DNA from: Eledone cirrhosa
Lineage: Eukaryota
Assembly (NCBI GenBank): GCA_964016885.1
Contig: OZ024742.1
Coordinates: 115,196,001-115,260,000 of the forward strand
DNA length: 64,000 nt
Reading direction: 5' to 3'
Shown: in pieces, positions 63,680 to 64,000 of the stretch
Position numbering within the stretch: position 1 is the first letter of the stretch
Layout of the letters: the number at the start of each line of letters is the position of its first letter
The notes under the pieces: generated by a model
Told to the model about the DNA's origin: nothing
What the model saw: the letters and a program-made list of their open reading frames with translations, nothing else
Databases searched by the model: none
Program-made: the position numbers and the translations under genes

Positions 63680-64000
63680 TTACCGTACTTTTGGTAGAGG
63701 AGGGATGGTTTTTACATCCCTTTTCACTTGATCGTCTGGTGAAGGGACCGTTGAATCGTCCCTTCGGCTGGTCGTCGGCTCTTCTAAGAGAATGTCTGAG
63801 TATACTCTTCGATTGATGGTTCCTCCTAGGTCCCTGAAATCACCAACTGCGTTGGGGAATTTCGTTTTAATATTTGTGTATTGTTTCTGTGCTATTTTTA
63901 GCAGTCTTATGTTAGTTGGCGTTTTGATTGGTGCTGGTATTATGTAGTCCTGTTGTGAAATGTCTGTGTGTTCAATTATGTAAGTCATTAGTTTCTTGTT
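63680..64000 (-). CDS. Unit 4 ORF1, C-terminal part
   Basis: Same C-terminal protein sequence as unit 2 ORF1 (..TIPPLPKVR*). Confidence 0.85.
   Translation of the reverse strand, partial: NKKLMTYIIEHTDISQQDYIIPAPIKTPTNIRLLKIAQKQYTNIKTKFPNAVGDFRDLGGTINRRVYSDILLEEPTTSRRDDSTVPSPDDQVKRDVKTIPPLPKVR

Larger units (their letters stand above)
59963..64000 (-). mobile_element. Tx1/L1-type LINE, array unit 4 (runs off window)
   Basis: Follows (AAT)21; intact ORF2 and 3' end of ORF1. Confidence 0.95.

Noticed and set aside
41739-64000. Array as CRISPR-like, LTR-element or canonical telomeric repeat
   Set aside because: No repeat-spacer pattern, no LTR/integrase/protease, and spacers are AAT rather than TTAGGG.

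Overview
Eukaryotic, AT-rich, microsatellite-dense, repeat-derived DNA with no recognisable host gene. The SINE families suggest an octopus or other cephalopod genome (inference). Right third (41739-64000): a head-to-tail array of at least four ~6.0 kb L1/Tx1-type non-LTR retrotransposons on the minus strand. Each has ORF1 (CCHC knuckle) and ORF2 (APE-RT-zinc finger), and the units are joined only by pure (AAT)n tracts. Unit 2 is fully intact and unit 4 has an intact ORF2. The array sits tail-to-tail with a near-complete R4/Dong-like RLE-type LINE (ORF 37952-41533) and shares its (TAA)n tail. An older full-length relative (17912-23706) with a divergent ORF1 and 5' UTR, and an ancient fragment (~12780-13400), also occur. 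The left two-thirds holds several Penelope-like element (PLE) remnants (Naiad-like and Neptune-like GIY-YIG/RT pieces) arranged as fold-back repeats. These carry several families of type I hammerhead ribozyme motifs. There is also a 591-bp circularly permuted, retrozyme-like unit, tRNA-derived SINEs, a decayed RTE-like LINE and a ~200-bp palindrome.
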